The translations under genes were made by a program, and so were the position numbers. 64,000 bases of DNA from Candidatus Rifleibacteriota bacterium (GTDB lineage Bacteria > Muiribacteriota > Ozemobacteria > Ozemobacterales > Ozemobacteraceae), in contig JAHISQ010000048.1 in NCBI GenBank assembly GCA_018818125.1, positions 10,134-74,133 on the forward strand, in the 5' to 3' direction. Positions 55,308 through 64,000 of this stretch are shown piece by piece. Within the stretch, counting starts at the first letter, position 1. Each line of letters begins with the position of its first letter. The notes under the pieces were generated by a model that worked only from the letters and a program-made list of their open reading frames with translations, ran no database searches and had not been told where the DNA came from.

Positions 55308-55988
55308 TTACTTAGCCTTTTTGGCAGCTGGGGCTGCTTTGGCAGCCGGGGCCGCTTTGGCAGTCGGGGCTGCAGCTGGAGCAGCAGCAACTGCGGCAAC
55401 AGCGCCAGGTGCAGCGGCAGCAACTTCAGCAGCTTCGTCTTTAATCTGTGAGATCTGACAGAGAGCGATTTTAGGACTGGTTATGATCTTGAAATCGCCA
55501 GTCGCGATGTCGGAAACGTGCAGAGACTGACCAGCGTCGAGATTATCGATGTTTAATTTGATAACATCGGGAATCTTGCTGGGCAGACATTCAATCTTAA
55601 CTTTTTTGCACATGCTGTTGAAAACACCACCCACTTTTTTGCCAATTGGGGAACCGACAAATTCGAGATCTACATCAACTTTAATCGGGTGGCTCATGTT
55701 AACGGCCTGCAGATCAAGATGAACGTATTCGTGGCTGATCGGATGTTTCTGAAAGTCTCTTACAATAACGACCTTGGACTCGTCATTGGAAAGCTTTAAA
55801 GTGATCAGAGCGTTGCGATTAGCTTTGCGCAACAGCTTGTCGATCTGTAACTTGCTGATAGCACAATGTAGAGGGGTTACATCTTTTCCGTATACAACGG
55901 TAGGAATAAGTTCCTTTACTCTGAGCTTCTTAGCGTCTTCTTTGCCAACTTTGTTTCTTACTTCAGCGTTGAGAATCAACTCTGCCAT
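55308..55988 (-). CDS. rplY: 50S ribosomal protein L25 / Ctc
   Basis: Motifs IPTVVYG, QKHP....HLDL, CLPSKIPD, SLHVSD; Ala/Pro/Lys tail; RBS AAGGAGG before ATG 55988. Confidence 0.93.
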   Translation of the reverse strand: MAELILNAEVRNKVGKEDAKKLRVKELIPTVVYGKDVTPLHCAISKLQIDKLLRKANRNALITLKLSNDESKVVIVRDFQKHPISHEYVHLDLQAVNMSHPIKVDVDLEFVGSPIGKKVGGVFNSMCKKVKIECLPSKIPDVIKLNIDNLDAGQSLHVSDIATGDFKIITSPKIALCQISQIKDEAAEVAAAAPGAVAAVAAAPAAAPTAKAAPAAKAAPAAKKAK

Positions 55989-56131
55989 AGAAACCTCCTT
56001 TATTGAATTGATAAGTTGTATTATAGCATCAAATGCCCCTTGGGTCAAATTTAGCGCAGTACCGCGGCCAACTGTCATCTTGCCTCTTGCTTTTCATTTT
56101 TTATTGCGTCGGGTAGAATGGTGGAACAAAT

Positions 56132-57049
56132 ATGAACAATATTTTTTTACAGGAATTCTCCGCTGCATTACAGTTGAGCCGTCTCAAAGGGGTAGGTGCG
56201 GCCACCTTCCGCCAGCTGCTCGACCGTTACCATATCCCTTCACTGGCTCTTGCCAGCTGGTTAGCCGAAGCAGTTGAGAAAGTATCGGATTTGCCGCAGA
56301 GTCGACAAAAGTCTGCTACTCGCGCAATGATCGAGAACGCTGTCGAAAAAGTTGGCAGTGGTGAATTTAAGGGGTTATATTATTCTCAGTCTGGTTATCC
56401 CAGTCAGTTACACGATCTTGGCGAGCCGCCGCCAATTTTGTTCAGCAGCGATGACATAAGGCCGGTTCGGTTTGCCGCTATTGTTGGCTCTCGAAAAATG
56501 GCGGCAGAGGCAGAGCGGCCCACCAGAGAACTGGTAAGGCAGCTCGTCGCGGAAGGATATTCTATTGTCAGTGGTGGCGCCGCCGGTGTTGATGCGGTTG
56601 CACACCACGAAGCTCTCTGTCTTGGCTCATATACTGTTGCAGTTCTGGCAACTGGGCTCGATATCGTTTATCCCAGAACTAATGCTACCCTGTTCGACAA
56701 TATTCGCCAATCAGGCGTGCTTTTGTCTGAAATGATGCCTGGCGCAAAGCCACAACGCAGTTTTTTTCCGACCCGAAACAGAATTATCGCTGCTCTTGCC
56801 GATGTTGTCGCAATTGTTCAGGCTGGCAAAAGTAGTGGCGCGTTGATTACTGCTGCCTGGGCATCAAAACTGGGCCGTCGTTTGCTTGTATTGGCACCCC
56901 AGAGCGGTTGCTCAGAACTTTGGGCTGGCAATGCAAAATTGATTGAGGCTGGTGCAGGAGTTTATTGCCCTGGTGGTCGAGCTTACTCAGTGGCTGAGCC
57001 CGTTAACGAGTTGTTTGATGCTGGCGGAGAGTTTTTTTCGGGCCTCTGA
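56132..57049 (+). CDS. dprA: DNA-processing protein DprA
   Basis: Motifs YPSQL...PPPIL, AIVGSR, IVSGGAAGVDAVAH, FPTRNRIIA, SGALITA. Confidence 0.92.
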   Translation: MNNIFLQEFSAALQLSRLKGVGAATFRQLLDRYHIPSLALASWLAEAVEKVSDLPQSRQKSATRAMIENAVEKVGSGEFKGLYYSQSGYPSQLHDLGEPPPILFSSDDIRPVRFAAIVGSRKMAAEAERPTRELVRQLVAEGYSIVSGGAAGVDAVAHHEALCLGSYTVAVLATGLDIVYPRTNATLFDNIRQSGVLLSEMMPGAKPQRSFFPTRNRIIAALADVVAIVQAGKSSGALITAAWASKLGRRLLVLAPQSGCSELWAGNAKLIEAGAGVYCPGGRAYSVAEPVNELFDAGGEFFSGL

Positions 57050-57958
57050 TTCGGGTGTAACTCCGGCTAGATCTTCGAACCATCCAAGTTTTTTCTTGAG
57101 CTGCTCTTTGCTTTCGTCGCTTTCATAGTAAGATAGATTTTTACTTACGTAATCGACTATGTCACTGGCTTTTTCCAGGGCTGTTGATACGTGTTTGCCT
57201 TCTGGGTAGCTTTCGATATACCGACCATAAGATTTTTCAAAAAAATAAATCATCATGTCGGGGTCGCCCTCTGTTTCACCCGGAAGAATCTGGGTCGCAG
57301 CTGCCCACGCAATTTCATCGGCAGCTTCAATAATATCAGCATATTCTTCGGCAAGTTCCCAAAATGCTTCTGGCTTGACAAAATACTGGCCTGCAGATTC
57401 GTGGTAATAACAGAGATTCTGATAGTTTTTTACGGAGTTGTGTTTGCCGTCATCGCCTTTTCCGGCCGTGGAAAGAGCTGAATAAACACGGTCGAGTGTT
57501 TCTAAAAATGCGAGCTCAAGCTGAGCTTTTTCGGTAGAATGCGAAGCCAGTTCTTTGATACTTACTGCAAAATCTAGAGTCTGCATAAGATCCTCAGTAT
57601 TTTTATTTTCGGCTTTTGTTTGCGCAGTGATGATCTGAAGCGCTACCTCAAAACGATTTTCCTGTGTTGTTACCCTGGTTAGTCCCCCGAAGATCCAGCC
57701 TTGCTGCTGATTCTCCGTGCTTATTTTATACCAGTGTTCATTTTTACCGAGCAGGGTTTCGGTTTTATCTGATACTTCGATAATTTTTGCCCAGGTTCCA
57801 ATTGGCAGCGTCGCCACAACCTTACCTGAAGTAGCAGCCGCATCACGAATCCGCACGTATGTGGCCGCGACATAGAGAAACTCAGGCGTAGCAGCGAACG
57901 AAGCAATTGCCGAGAAAATAAATATCAAAATCAGCTTACAGACCGAAGACTTGTGCAT
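56987..57958 (-). CDS. Exported SH3b-domain protein
   Basis: Signal peptide from MHKS; VRIRDAA...VVATLPIG...WYKI...GWIFGG, followed by a helical domain. Confidence 0.8.
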   Translation of the reverse strand: MHKSSVCKLILIFIFSAIASFAATPEFLYVAATYVRIRDAAATSGKVVATLPIGTWAKIIEVSDKTETLLGKNEHWYKISTENQQQGWIFGGLTRVTTQENRFEVALQIITAQTKAENKNTEDLMQTLDFAVSIKELASHSTEKAQLELAFLETLDRVYSALSTAGKGDDGKHNSVKNYQNLCYYHESAGQYFVKPEAFWELAEEYADIIEAADEIAWAAATQILPGETEGDPDMMIYFFEKSYGRYIESYPEGKHVSTALEKASDIVDYVSKNLSYYESDESKEQLKKKLGWFEDLAGVTPESEARKKLSASIKQLVNGLSH

Positions 57959-57974
57959 GAATTTTTCCTTGCAA

Positions 57975-58007
57975 CAAAAAACCGGGCACAAAGGCCCGGG
58001 TTTTTTG
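57975..58007 (-). terminator. Terminator after slyD
   Basis: A6-CCGGGC-ACAAAG-GCCCGG-G-T6. Confidence 0.75.
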
Positions 58008-58013
58008 CTTTGC

Positions 58014-58508
58014 TTAGTGTCCGCAGCTAGAACAGCTGGAACAGCAGGAACCACAGGAAGATTCTGGGATTTCTGAGGCATCCTTGATGTCTGTAAGTTC
58101 AAGGTTGAAGTGCAGGGTTTTGCCAGCCAGAGGATGATTCATATCAAGAGTTACTGATTTAGTGTCGAATTTGACTATAGTCGCAATAACTCGTTCACCA
58201 TTCTCCATCTGCAGAGCAATTTGCTGGTCTACTTCTGGCTTGAATTCGTCGCCAAAATTTTCCAAGGGTGTTGTGATTACACGTTCATCAGAATACTCGC
58301 CGTAACCCTGAGCTGGCAACAAGACAATGTCCTTCTTTTCGCCAACACTCATGCCGATAACCGCAGTTTCGAATCCTTCTATGATATCGCCCTCGCCAAC
58401 GATAAAATCAAGTGGGCTACCGTCGGCGCTGGTGTCAAAAACTTCTCCAGTGTCGAATTTGCCAGTGTAGTGAATGAAAACCAGGTCGCCTTTTTTTGCT
58501 ACTGTCAT
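58014..58508 (-). CDS. slyD: FKBP-type peptidyl-prolyl isomerase (SlyD-like) with a Cys-rich tail
   Basis: Motifs HYTG....GEVFDTS, GYGEY, LDMNHPLAGKTLHF; tail SSCGSCCSSCSSCGH. Confidence 0.88.
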   Translation of the reverse strand: MTVAKKGDLVFIHYTGKFDTGEVFDTSADGSPLDFIVGEGDIIEGFETAVIGMSVGEKKDIVLLPAQGYGEYSDERVITTPLENFGDEFKPEVDQQIALQMENGERVIATIVKFDTKSVTLDMNHPLAGKTLHFNLELTDIKDASEIPESSCGSCCSSCSSCGH

Positions 58509-58738
58509 TATAGGGCTCCTTTTTAGCCAGGTCGGCTGAAAATTGTACACGCTAATATGTACGTCCGATAGATTATTATTATTTTTCGCCCAAGTCAATA
58601 TCTCCTGTTTTTGTAGCAGTTATAATTCATTTGCCATCATGAGGATTTTACGAGGAATTTCGCCAGAATTACTGTTAGAATTGATCTTATCCACGGATCA
58701 AAAGATTATTACAGACTATTCATAAGTTTTTATATGTC

Positions 58739-59692
58739 TTACTGTTTTTTGTCAGATGGATTCTGGCTGGCCGCAAAGATTTTTCTTCGGATGTGACAAT
58801 ACGGACTTTTTCCGGTTTTTTCGTAGTAATTCTGGTGGTATTCTTCAGCAGGCCAGAATTGCGCAGCTGCTCTGACCTCAGTGGCGACGTCGTACCTCAT
58901 GCTCCGAAGTTGCTGGATAATCTCTTCAGCAATTTTTCTCTGCTCCGGGCTGGCAACAAAAATGGCAGATTTATACTGTTCGCCGTGATCAGGGCCTTGT
59001 CCGTCGGTTTGACTGAAATCGTGAATCTCGAAGAACAGCCTGCTAAGCTCGGAAAAACTGGTTAAATTAGGGTCGAAGACCACTTCGACGGCCTCCAGAT
59101 GGCCAGTTTTGCCGGTACATACGCTCTTGTAGTCAGGATTTTCGATGTGCCCACCGGTGTATCCAGATCTAACGCTCAATACGCCGGTAGTTTTCTCCAT
59201 CAGATGTTCAACACCCCAGAAACAGCCGCCTGCAAAAACAGCAGTCTCGTTTTGAACAGGTCTTGCCGCTATAAAGTCGAGAGACACTGAATTGACACAG
59301 TGGCGCGTGTTTTTTTGTGTTAACCCTTCTCCGTTGAAAACGTGACCGAGATGAGCTCCACAGGCGGTGCAAATGATCTCTGTTCTACGCCCGTCCGGGT
59401 CAGTTTTTCTGGTTATAGCACCCTTGATTTCGTCATCAAATGCTGGCCAGCCGCAATCTGAAGCAAACTTGTCTTGCGAGTGGTAGAGTTCTGCACTGCA
59501 GCGCCGGCAGGTATAGGTGCCGACCTCTTTATGGTTAACGTATTTGCCGGTAAAGGGCCGTTCGGTTCCCTTTTGCACGATAACGTATTCTTCTTCGGGT
59601 GTGAGTTTTCGATGTTCCATGGCAGCTCCTTGGTAACTCATGTAAAGACCAGTTGCCAGAACTAGTATTACAATTAGAATTGTATTTTTCAT
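58739..59692 (-). CDS. msrAB: Exported bifunctional methionine sulfoxide reductase MsrB-MsrA
   Basis: MsrB motifs GTERPFTG, CGWPAF, HLGHVF, RHCVNS; MsrA motifs FAGGCFWG, AEEYHQNY; signal-like N-terminus. Confidence 0.93.
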   Translation of the reverse strand: MKNTILIVILVLATGLYMSYQGAAMEHRKLTPEEEYVIVQKGTERPFTGKYVNHKEVGTYTCRRCSAELYHSQDKFASDCGWPAFDDEIKGAITRKTDPDGRRTEIICTACGAHLGHVFNGEGLTQKNTRHCVNSVSLDFIAARPVQNETAVFAGGCFWGVEHLMEKTTGVLSVRSGYTGGHIENPDYKSVCTGKTGHLEAVEVVFDPNLTSFSELSRLFFEIHDFSQTDGQGPDHGEQYKSAIFVASPEQRKIAEEIIQQLRSMRYDVATEVRAAAQFWPAEEYHQNYYEKTGKSPYCHIRRKIFAASQNPSDKKQ

Positions 59693-59789
59693 TGGTTTTG
59701 TCTCCTCGTATATCACGTCCGTGAAGACTGTATTTTATAGGCGATCATAGTAGATCGCTGTCGGAAAAGTTTCGCAAATCTCAATGCCC

Positions 59790-60899
59790 TTATTTGGCAG
59801 TGACGACTTTATTGTCTTGTCTAGCGGCAAAGTGTGGTGAGTCACCCCATTGTCCAAAACCGATTTTTTCGCCAATTTGCTCGACTCTCCGCTGCAGACA
59901 GCCACGGCACATTGAGGCGTTTTCGTCTGTGCATGGTTTGTTTTCGTAGAGCTGATAGCTTTCGCGATATTGAGTGTCAGTCGCGTTAGGCATTATTACG
60001 TTGGCTCCCGCCAGCAGTCCCTGTTCTCGACCATTATGTTCCAGAGCCTGTAACGCTGTTGTTGCTGCGATATTTATATCTCGCATCAGCAGGCGTGCCA
60101 GTGCAATCATTTTTAAACCAAGGTTCAAGAGCTTCTTGGGAGGTAGTTCCCATTCAGTGCGGAAACTGGCCAGCGGTGTGTCTGAATGAAATATGTACGG
60201 TCCCATTCCGATCATGTCGATATCGAGCGTTTTAAAGAACAGCAGATCCTCTGCCAGATTCCGGTGCGTTTGCATCGGAAGCCCGATCATGACACCTGTG
60301 CCGACTTGATAGCCGGTTTCTCGCAATAATTGCAGGCAGGCAACTCTGTGGTCGAATGAATGATCTGCCGGGTGCAGCCTGACATAAAGATCTTTGTTGC
60401 TTGTTTCGATGCGCAGCAGATAGCGATGGGCGCCGGCATCAAACCAGCGCCTATATGTTTCCTCGCTTTGTTCGCCAAGCGAGAGAGTCAAGCCGAGTTC
60501 ACTGTTTGTGCGCTTCTTGATTTCTCTGATGATGCGCTCAACCATATCGACAAACTCAGGGTCGTCGCGCTCGCCGGATTGCAGTACGACACTGCCGTAT
60601 TCAGCCTTCCAGGCCCAGACCGCTGATTCGATTATATCGTTTTCTGGTATGATGAACCGCTTCGTTTTGCTGTTACTGCGTCTGATGCCACAATAGTAGC
60701 AGTCTTTGATGCAAATGTTGCTGAACTCGACAATACCTCTGAACCATGCTGTTCTGCCAACATATTGTGTTTTAACTCTGTATGAACTGGCAAAAAGTTT
60801 ATCAAGGTCTTTCTGTTCTTCAAGCCTTAGCAGCTGTTCAATTTCGTCGAGATTCAAATCTCCGGTGTCTTCGGCCTTTTTCAGAATATGATCAAGCAT
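59790..60899 (-). CDS. hydE: [FeFe]-hydrogenase H-cluster radical SAM maturase HydE
   Basis: Motifs RGIVEFSNICIKDCYYCGIR, VLQSGE, RYLLRIET, DMIGMGPY, ATTAL, GANVIMPN, YQLYENKPC. Confidence 0.9.
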   Translation of the reverse strand: MLDHILKKAEDTGDLNLDEIEQLLRLEEQKDLDKLFASSYRVKTQYVGRTAWFRGIVEFSNICIKDCYYCGIRRSNSKTKRFIIPENDIIESAVWAWKAEYGSVVLQSGERDDPEFVDMVERIIREIKKRTNSELGLTLSLGEQSEETYRRWFDAGAHRYLLRIETSNKDLYVRLHPADHSFDHRVACLQLLRETGYQVGTGVMIGLPMQTHRNLAEDLLFFKTLDIDMIGMGPYIFHSDTPLASFRTEWELPPKKLLNLGLKMIALARLLMRDINIAATTALQALEHNGREQGLLAGANVIMPNATDTQYRESYQLYENKPCTDENASMCRGCLQRRVEQIGEKIGFGQWGDSPHFAARQDNKVVTAK

Positions 60900-60968
60900 G
60901 TTGTGCCTCTTAGCGTAGAGTGAAATGTACCGCAACTCACTAAAAGGATACCTTTTTTATGGCAAAAG

Positions 60969-63900
60969 TCAACTTGCTGAAGAATCGGGCTTCTGCCTTG
61001 CTGTTATGGCACAAATCTGTCTGATCAGTTCGTTCATTCTAAACGGCTTCTGTAAAAAGCCGTCAACGCTGTTGTCTGCAAGTCGTTGTATTGTCTCATC
61101 ATATGAGTTTCCACTGGAGATGACTATCGGAACAGTCGGATTAATGGCTCTCATTTTTATTAGGGCTTCTTCTCCGTTTAGCTTGGGCATAACCATGTCG
61201 AGAATTACCAACGCAAGATCCTGATGGTGTTCCTCGAAAAGTTCGACTGCCATGGCACCGTCGCTGGCACAGATCAGGTTAGCACTATATGGTTCGAGCA
61301 TCATTTCTGTAAGGCTTAGAATTGTATCTTCGTCGTCAGCGAGCAGGATTTTGCCTTTCAGATTTAGTTGTTGAGGCAGATCTTCTTTAATGCTGGTTAT
61401 AGTGCCTCCTTTTTCAGACGCAGGCACTATTATTCGAAAGCATGAGCCGACTTCAGGTGTGCTTGAAACGTGGATCGCGCCATGATGTAATCTGACTATG
61501 CCAATGGTTGCAGCCAATCCCAAGCCTCGTCCGGTAAATTTTGTTGTAAAAAACGGATCGAAAATCTTTTTGAGCATTTCTGGTTCGATTCCGCAGCCAG
61601 TGTCTGCCACTTCGAAAAATGCGTAATAGTCACACTCCGGGTTGAGATTAGACACGACTGCTGATTTGAGAAAATCATCCTGTTTGTTGCTCTGGCCGGT
61701 TCGGATTGTTATCTGACCGTCAGTTTGTCCAATCGCTTCGGAAGCGTTCATGACCAGATTCATCGCGATCTGGCGTATCTGCGAGAGATCGCCCAGGGCT
61801 GTCAAATTTTCTGCCAGATCGAATTTGACAGTGACTTTTTTTGAGATCGTTACCGAAAGCAGGGTCGTCATTTCCTTTACCAACTCTGATAAATCGAAAG
61901 GTGCAATGCAAAACTTATTTTTGCCGGTAAAATCAAGCACTTGTCGGGTCAATTCAGCTGCTCTCTGAGCAGCTGTTTGAATCAATCTTATTTTTTCCTG
62001 CAGCTTACCGGATTTTGGCAATTCGGCCAGACTGAGTTCTGCATAACCCATTATTGACATGAGGATGTTGTTAAGGTCGTGGGCAACTCCTCCAGCCAAG
62101 GTACCAAGACTTTCAAATTTCTGGGCCACTTGCAGTTGTTCTGCCATGCGGTTCTTTTCTTCAACTGCGATAGCAGCGCCGGTTATGTCTGAAAAAATAA
62201 CAATACATCGAGACTCAATGACAGAGGCAATACAGTTAAAAATGCGTAGTTCGTTATCTTTCTGCAGGCGAAGATCTCCGGTGTCTATGCGCTTGTTTAT
62301 GCCATATTTAGAGGTTAAGTCTGAAAGAAAGTCAGATATGGGAAAGCCTATTCTGCCAAAAGGTTCGAATTTGGAGAAAACATCTTTGAGATTTGAAATG
62401 TTTCTGATGCTCAAGTTGGTATTGCGGGTGAATTCTTCGTTGACGAACTCGATGTTACCATTGCTGTCCGCAAGAAGTATTGCGAAAGGCGAGTTGTTGA
62501 CCAGCGTTGAAAAGCTTTTTTCAGCCTGTTCAACTGCAAGTTGTGTTTGTTTGAGTTGTACAACTTTTTCGTGTAGTTTTTCGTTGGCTGTTTGTAATTG
62601 AAGATTCTTTTCTCTTTCGAGGTTTTGAGTTTCAACAATTCTTTCAACCGCGGCCGAAAAATTTTCTACCAGCTGTCGGATTTCCATGATATTGCTTGTT
62701 GGTGCCTGGTAAGTGCTTTTGCAGAAGCCGGTTTGAGCAATGGCATTGGTAAAATCTGAAAGTTCTCGTAACGGTATCGAAAAATACCGCCTGATGAGTC
62801 CCGAAAGTAAGATCAATAACAACGTCAGAACAGCTATGTTGAAAAACTGTTTGAAAGACAATTCGAAGAGGTTTTCTACATATTCAGTCATTGGCTCTTC
62901 GATTACCAGTTCCCAATTTAGCGGGTTGAGCAGTCTGCTGTTAAGAATGACAGTAGAATTTCTAAACCTGTTTGAAGCAACCAGATCGTTTGCTGCCAGA
63001 ACAATCATAAGTTTGCCGCCCATTATAGATATTGCTTGTTTAATGTGCTTGTCGTGCTTCTGACCGGCATGGTTGTTAGTCTGATCGTATACAATGCTGC
63101 CGGTTTCGTCTAAGAGTAATATCTGCACTTTCTCGTCGGCAAAAGTTTGAATAAGTTTGTTCAGTGATGTCAGGTCCAGTGCGCCTGCAACGTATCCGGT
63201 CAGTTCGCCATTTTTGATAACAGGTTCGGCAATTATGATTATAGGTCGAGAAGCCAGCATGTTATCCACAATTATGCCAGAGATAGCTGGTTTGCCGGTG
63301 TCGATAAGACTTTTGATATACGGTTGTGTTGAGAAGTCCCGGCCGACATTTGTTTGGCCATCTGCATTTTCGTCTGGAAAGCAGGCAAGGCTTTTTCCAT
63401 GTGAGTCAGCGAAACATATATATTGATAGGCTGGATCGGCGTTGCAGAGTGTCTTAATGCTTGACCTCAGAGTTGATATGTCGTCAGATGGTAGCATTTG
63501 AGCTTTGACGGCAATTTGTTGAAGCTCTGCTGTATGATGGTCGTGCCAATGTTTTACCATCAGGGAAATCGTTTTTTTCAAGCTGTCATGGCGTGACTGC
63601 ACCTTCGAAAATACTGAATCTGAGAGTATTCTGCTGTCGAGCAAAGTAAAGATCAGCAGCGGAATAACCGTAACAATTATGAAAACGTTCATTGCTGCTT
63701 CAGAAGCCCTTATTTCGCTGTCTTTTTGCCCAAAGGCTTTAAGTTTGAACAGAAATATCAACGCTGTAGCAACTGATGCATTAAATATCCCGTTAATTAC
63801 GTATTTCAGGACAAAAAGGCGTATGGCCGAAGGAAAAAACAGGCCGCTCAGATGCATGTTAGCCAGTATTATGGGTGGTAAAATAACAAACCAGGTAATG

Positions 63901-63998
63901 GCAGCACAGGATAGCAGGTGTAATCTGGTTTTTTTCATTAGAATAATAATGAAAACTGCCTCGAGAGTGTACATCACTATGCCCAGCGGGTGATTCCA
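60969..63998 (-). CDS. Membrane hybrid histidine kinase (multi-TM, Cache, HAMP, PAS, HisKA, HATPase, REC), 5'-truncated
   Basis: The frame stays open to the window edge (WNHPLGIVMYTLE...); H-box LAGGVAHDLNN; FDPFFTTKFTGRGLGL; receiver LADDE...LDMVMP. Confidence 0.93.
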   Translation of the reverse strand, partial: WNHPLGIVMYTLEAVFIIILMKKTRLHLLSCAAITWFVILPPIILANMHLSGLFFPSAIRLFVLKYVINGIFNASVATALIFLFKLKAFGQKDSEIRASEAAMNVFIIVTVIPLLIFTLLDSRILSDSVFSKVQSRHDSLKKTISLMVKHWHDHHTAELQQIAVKAQMLPSDDISTLRSSIKTLCNADPAYQYICFADSHGKSLACFPDENADGQTNVGRDFSTQPYIKSLIDTGKPAISGIIVDNMLASRPIIIIAEPVIKNGELTGYVAGALDLTSLNKLIQTFADEKVQILLLDETGSIVYDQTNNHAGQKHDKHIKQAISIMGGKLMIVLAANDLVASNRFRNSTVILNSRLLNPLNWELVIEEPMTEYVENLFELSFKQFFNIAVLTLLLILLSGLIRRYFSIPLRELSDFTNAIAQTGFCKSTYQAPTSNIMEIRQLVENFSAAVERIVETQNLEREKNLQLQTANEKLHEKVVQLKQTQLAVEQAEKSFSTLVNNSPFAILLADSNGNIEFVNEEFTRNTNLSIRNISNLKDVFSKFEPFGRIGFPISDFLSDLTSKYGINKRIDTGDLRLQKDNELRIFNCIASVIESRCIVIFSDITGAAIAVEEKNRMAEQLQVAQKFESLGTLAGGVAHDLNNILMSIMGYAELSLAELPKSGKLQEKIRLIQTAAQRAAELTRQVLDFTGKNKFCIAPFDLSELVKEMTTLLSVTISKKVTVKFDLAENLTALGDLSQIRQIAMNLVMNASEAIGQTDGQITIRTGQSNKQDDFLKSAVVSNLNPECDYYAFFEVADTGCGIEPEMLKKIFDPFFTTKFTGRGLGLAATIGIVRLHHGAIHVSSTPEVGSCFRIIVPASEKGGTITSIKEDLPQQLNLKGKILLADDEDTILSLTEMMLEPYSANLICASDGAMAVELFEEHHQDLALVILDMVMPKLNGEEALIKMRAINPTVPIVISSGNSYDETIQRLADNSVDGFLQKPFRMNELIRQICAITARQKPDSSAS

Positions 63999-64000
63999 TA

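Noticed and set aside
55308-55440. Short tandem-like repeats at the end of rplY
   Set aside because: They only encode the low-complexity Ala/Pro/Lys tail common in L25/Ctc proteins.
58739-59692. Selenocysteine recoding in MsrA/MsrB
   Set aside because: The catalytic positions are ordinary Cys (GCFWG, RHCVN) and there is no in-frame TGA.
1-64000. CRISPR array, tRNA/rRNA/tmRNA, transposase, integrase or prophage
   Set aside because: No regularly spaced repeats, RNA-gene signatures or recombinase motifs were seen by eye, and there is no intergenic room for ssrA beside smpB. An Infernal/tRNAscan run would be needed to fully exclude small RNAs.

Overview
This 64 kb window is gene-dense bacterial chromosome, mostly on the minus strand, from a diderm (FlgH/FlgI rings, secretin), flagellated and piliated, probably anaerobic organism (HydE). 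The protein style resembles Candidatus Riflebacteria, but that is an unverified impression. Housekeeping genes: accD-accA plus a sigma-70 paralog, RNase E/G, a TIGR03960/TIGR03936 radical SAM pair, smpB, rho, aroC, miaB, queH, murQ, carD, rplY, slyD, msrBA and hydE. Envelope and appendage genes: flgF/G/A/H, flgI, flgJ, pilMNOP, a pilQ-type secretin, dprA, mltG, an amidase, GerMN, M23, two SpoIID/LytB proteins and many TPR/NHL proteins. No rRNA, tRNA, CRISPR array, transposase or integrase was seen. Main oddities: (1) an opposite-strand cassette between flgH and flgI, encoding a secreted coiled-coil/hydrophobic-hairpin protein (pore-former-like, by inference) and a minor-pilin set with a 725-aa PilX-like subunit; (2) sigma-28-type promoters before flagellar genes and also before pilM, a DUF501 gene and a TPR/FlgT-C-smpB-amidase-GerMN run; (3) a histidine-kinase islet bounded by a 38-bp direct repeat that duplicates the 3' end of the neighbouring gene; (4) a split NHL gene with a one-base frameshift; (5) a 49-aa ORF missing from the ORF track; (6) several near-leaderless gene starts. 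All calls come from reading motifs by eye; no database search was run.
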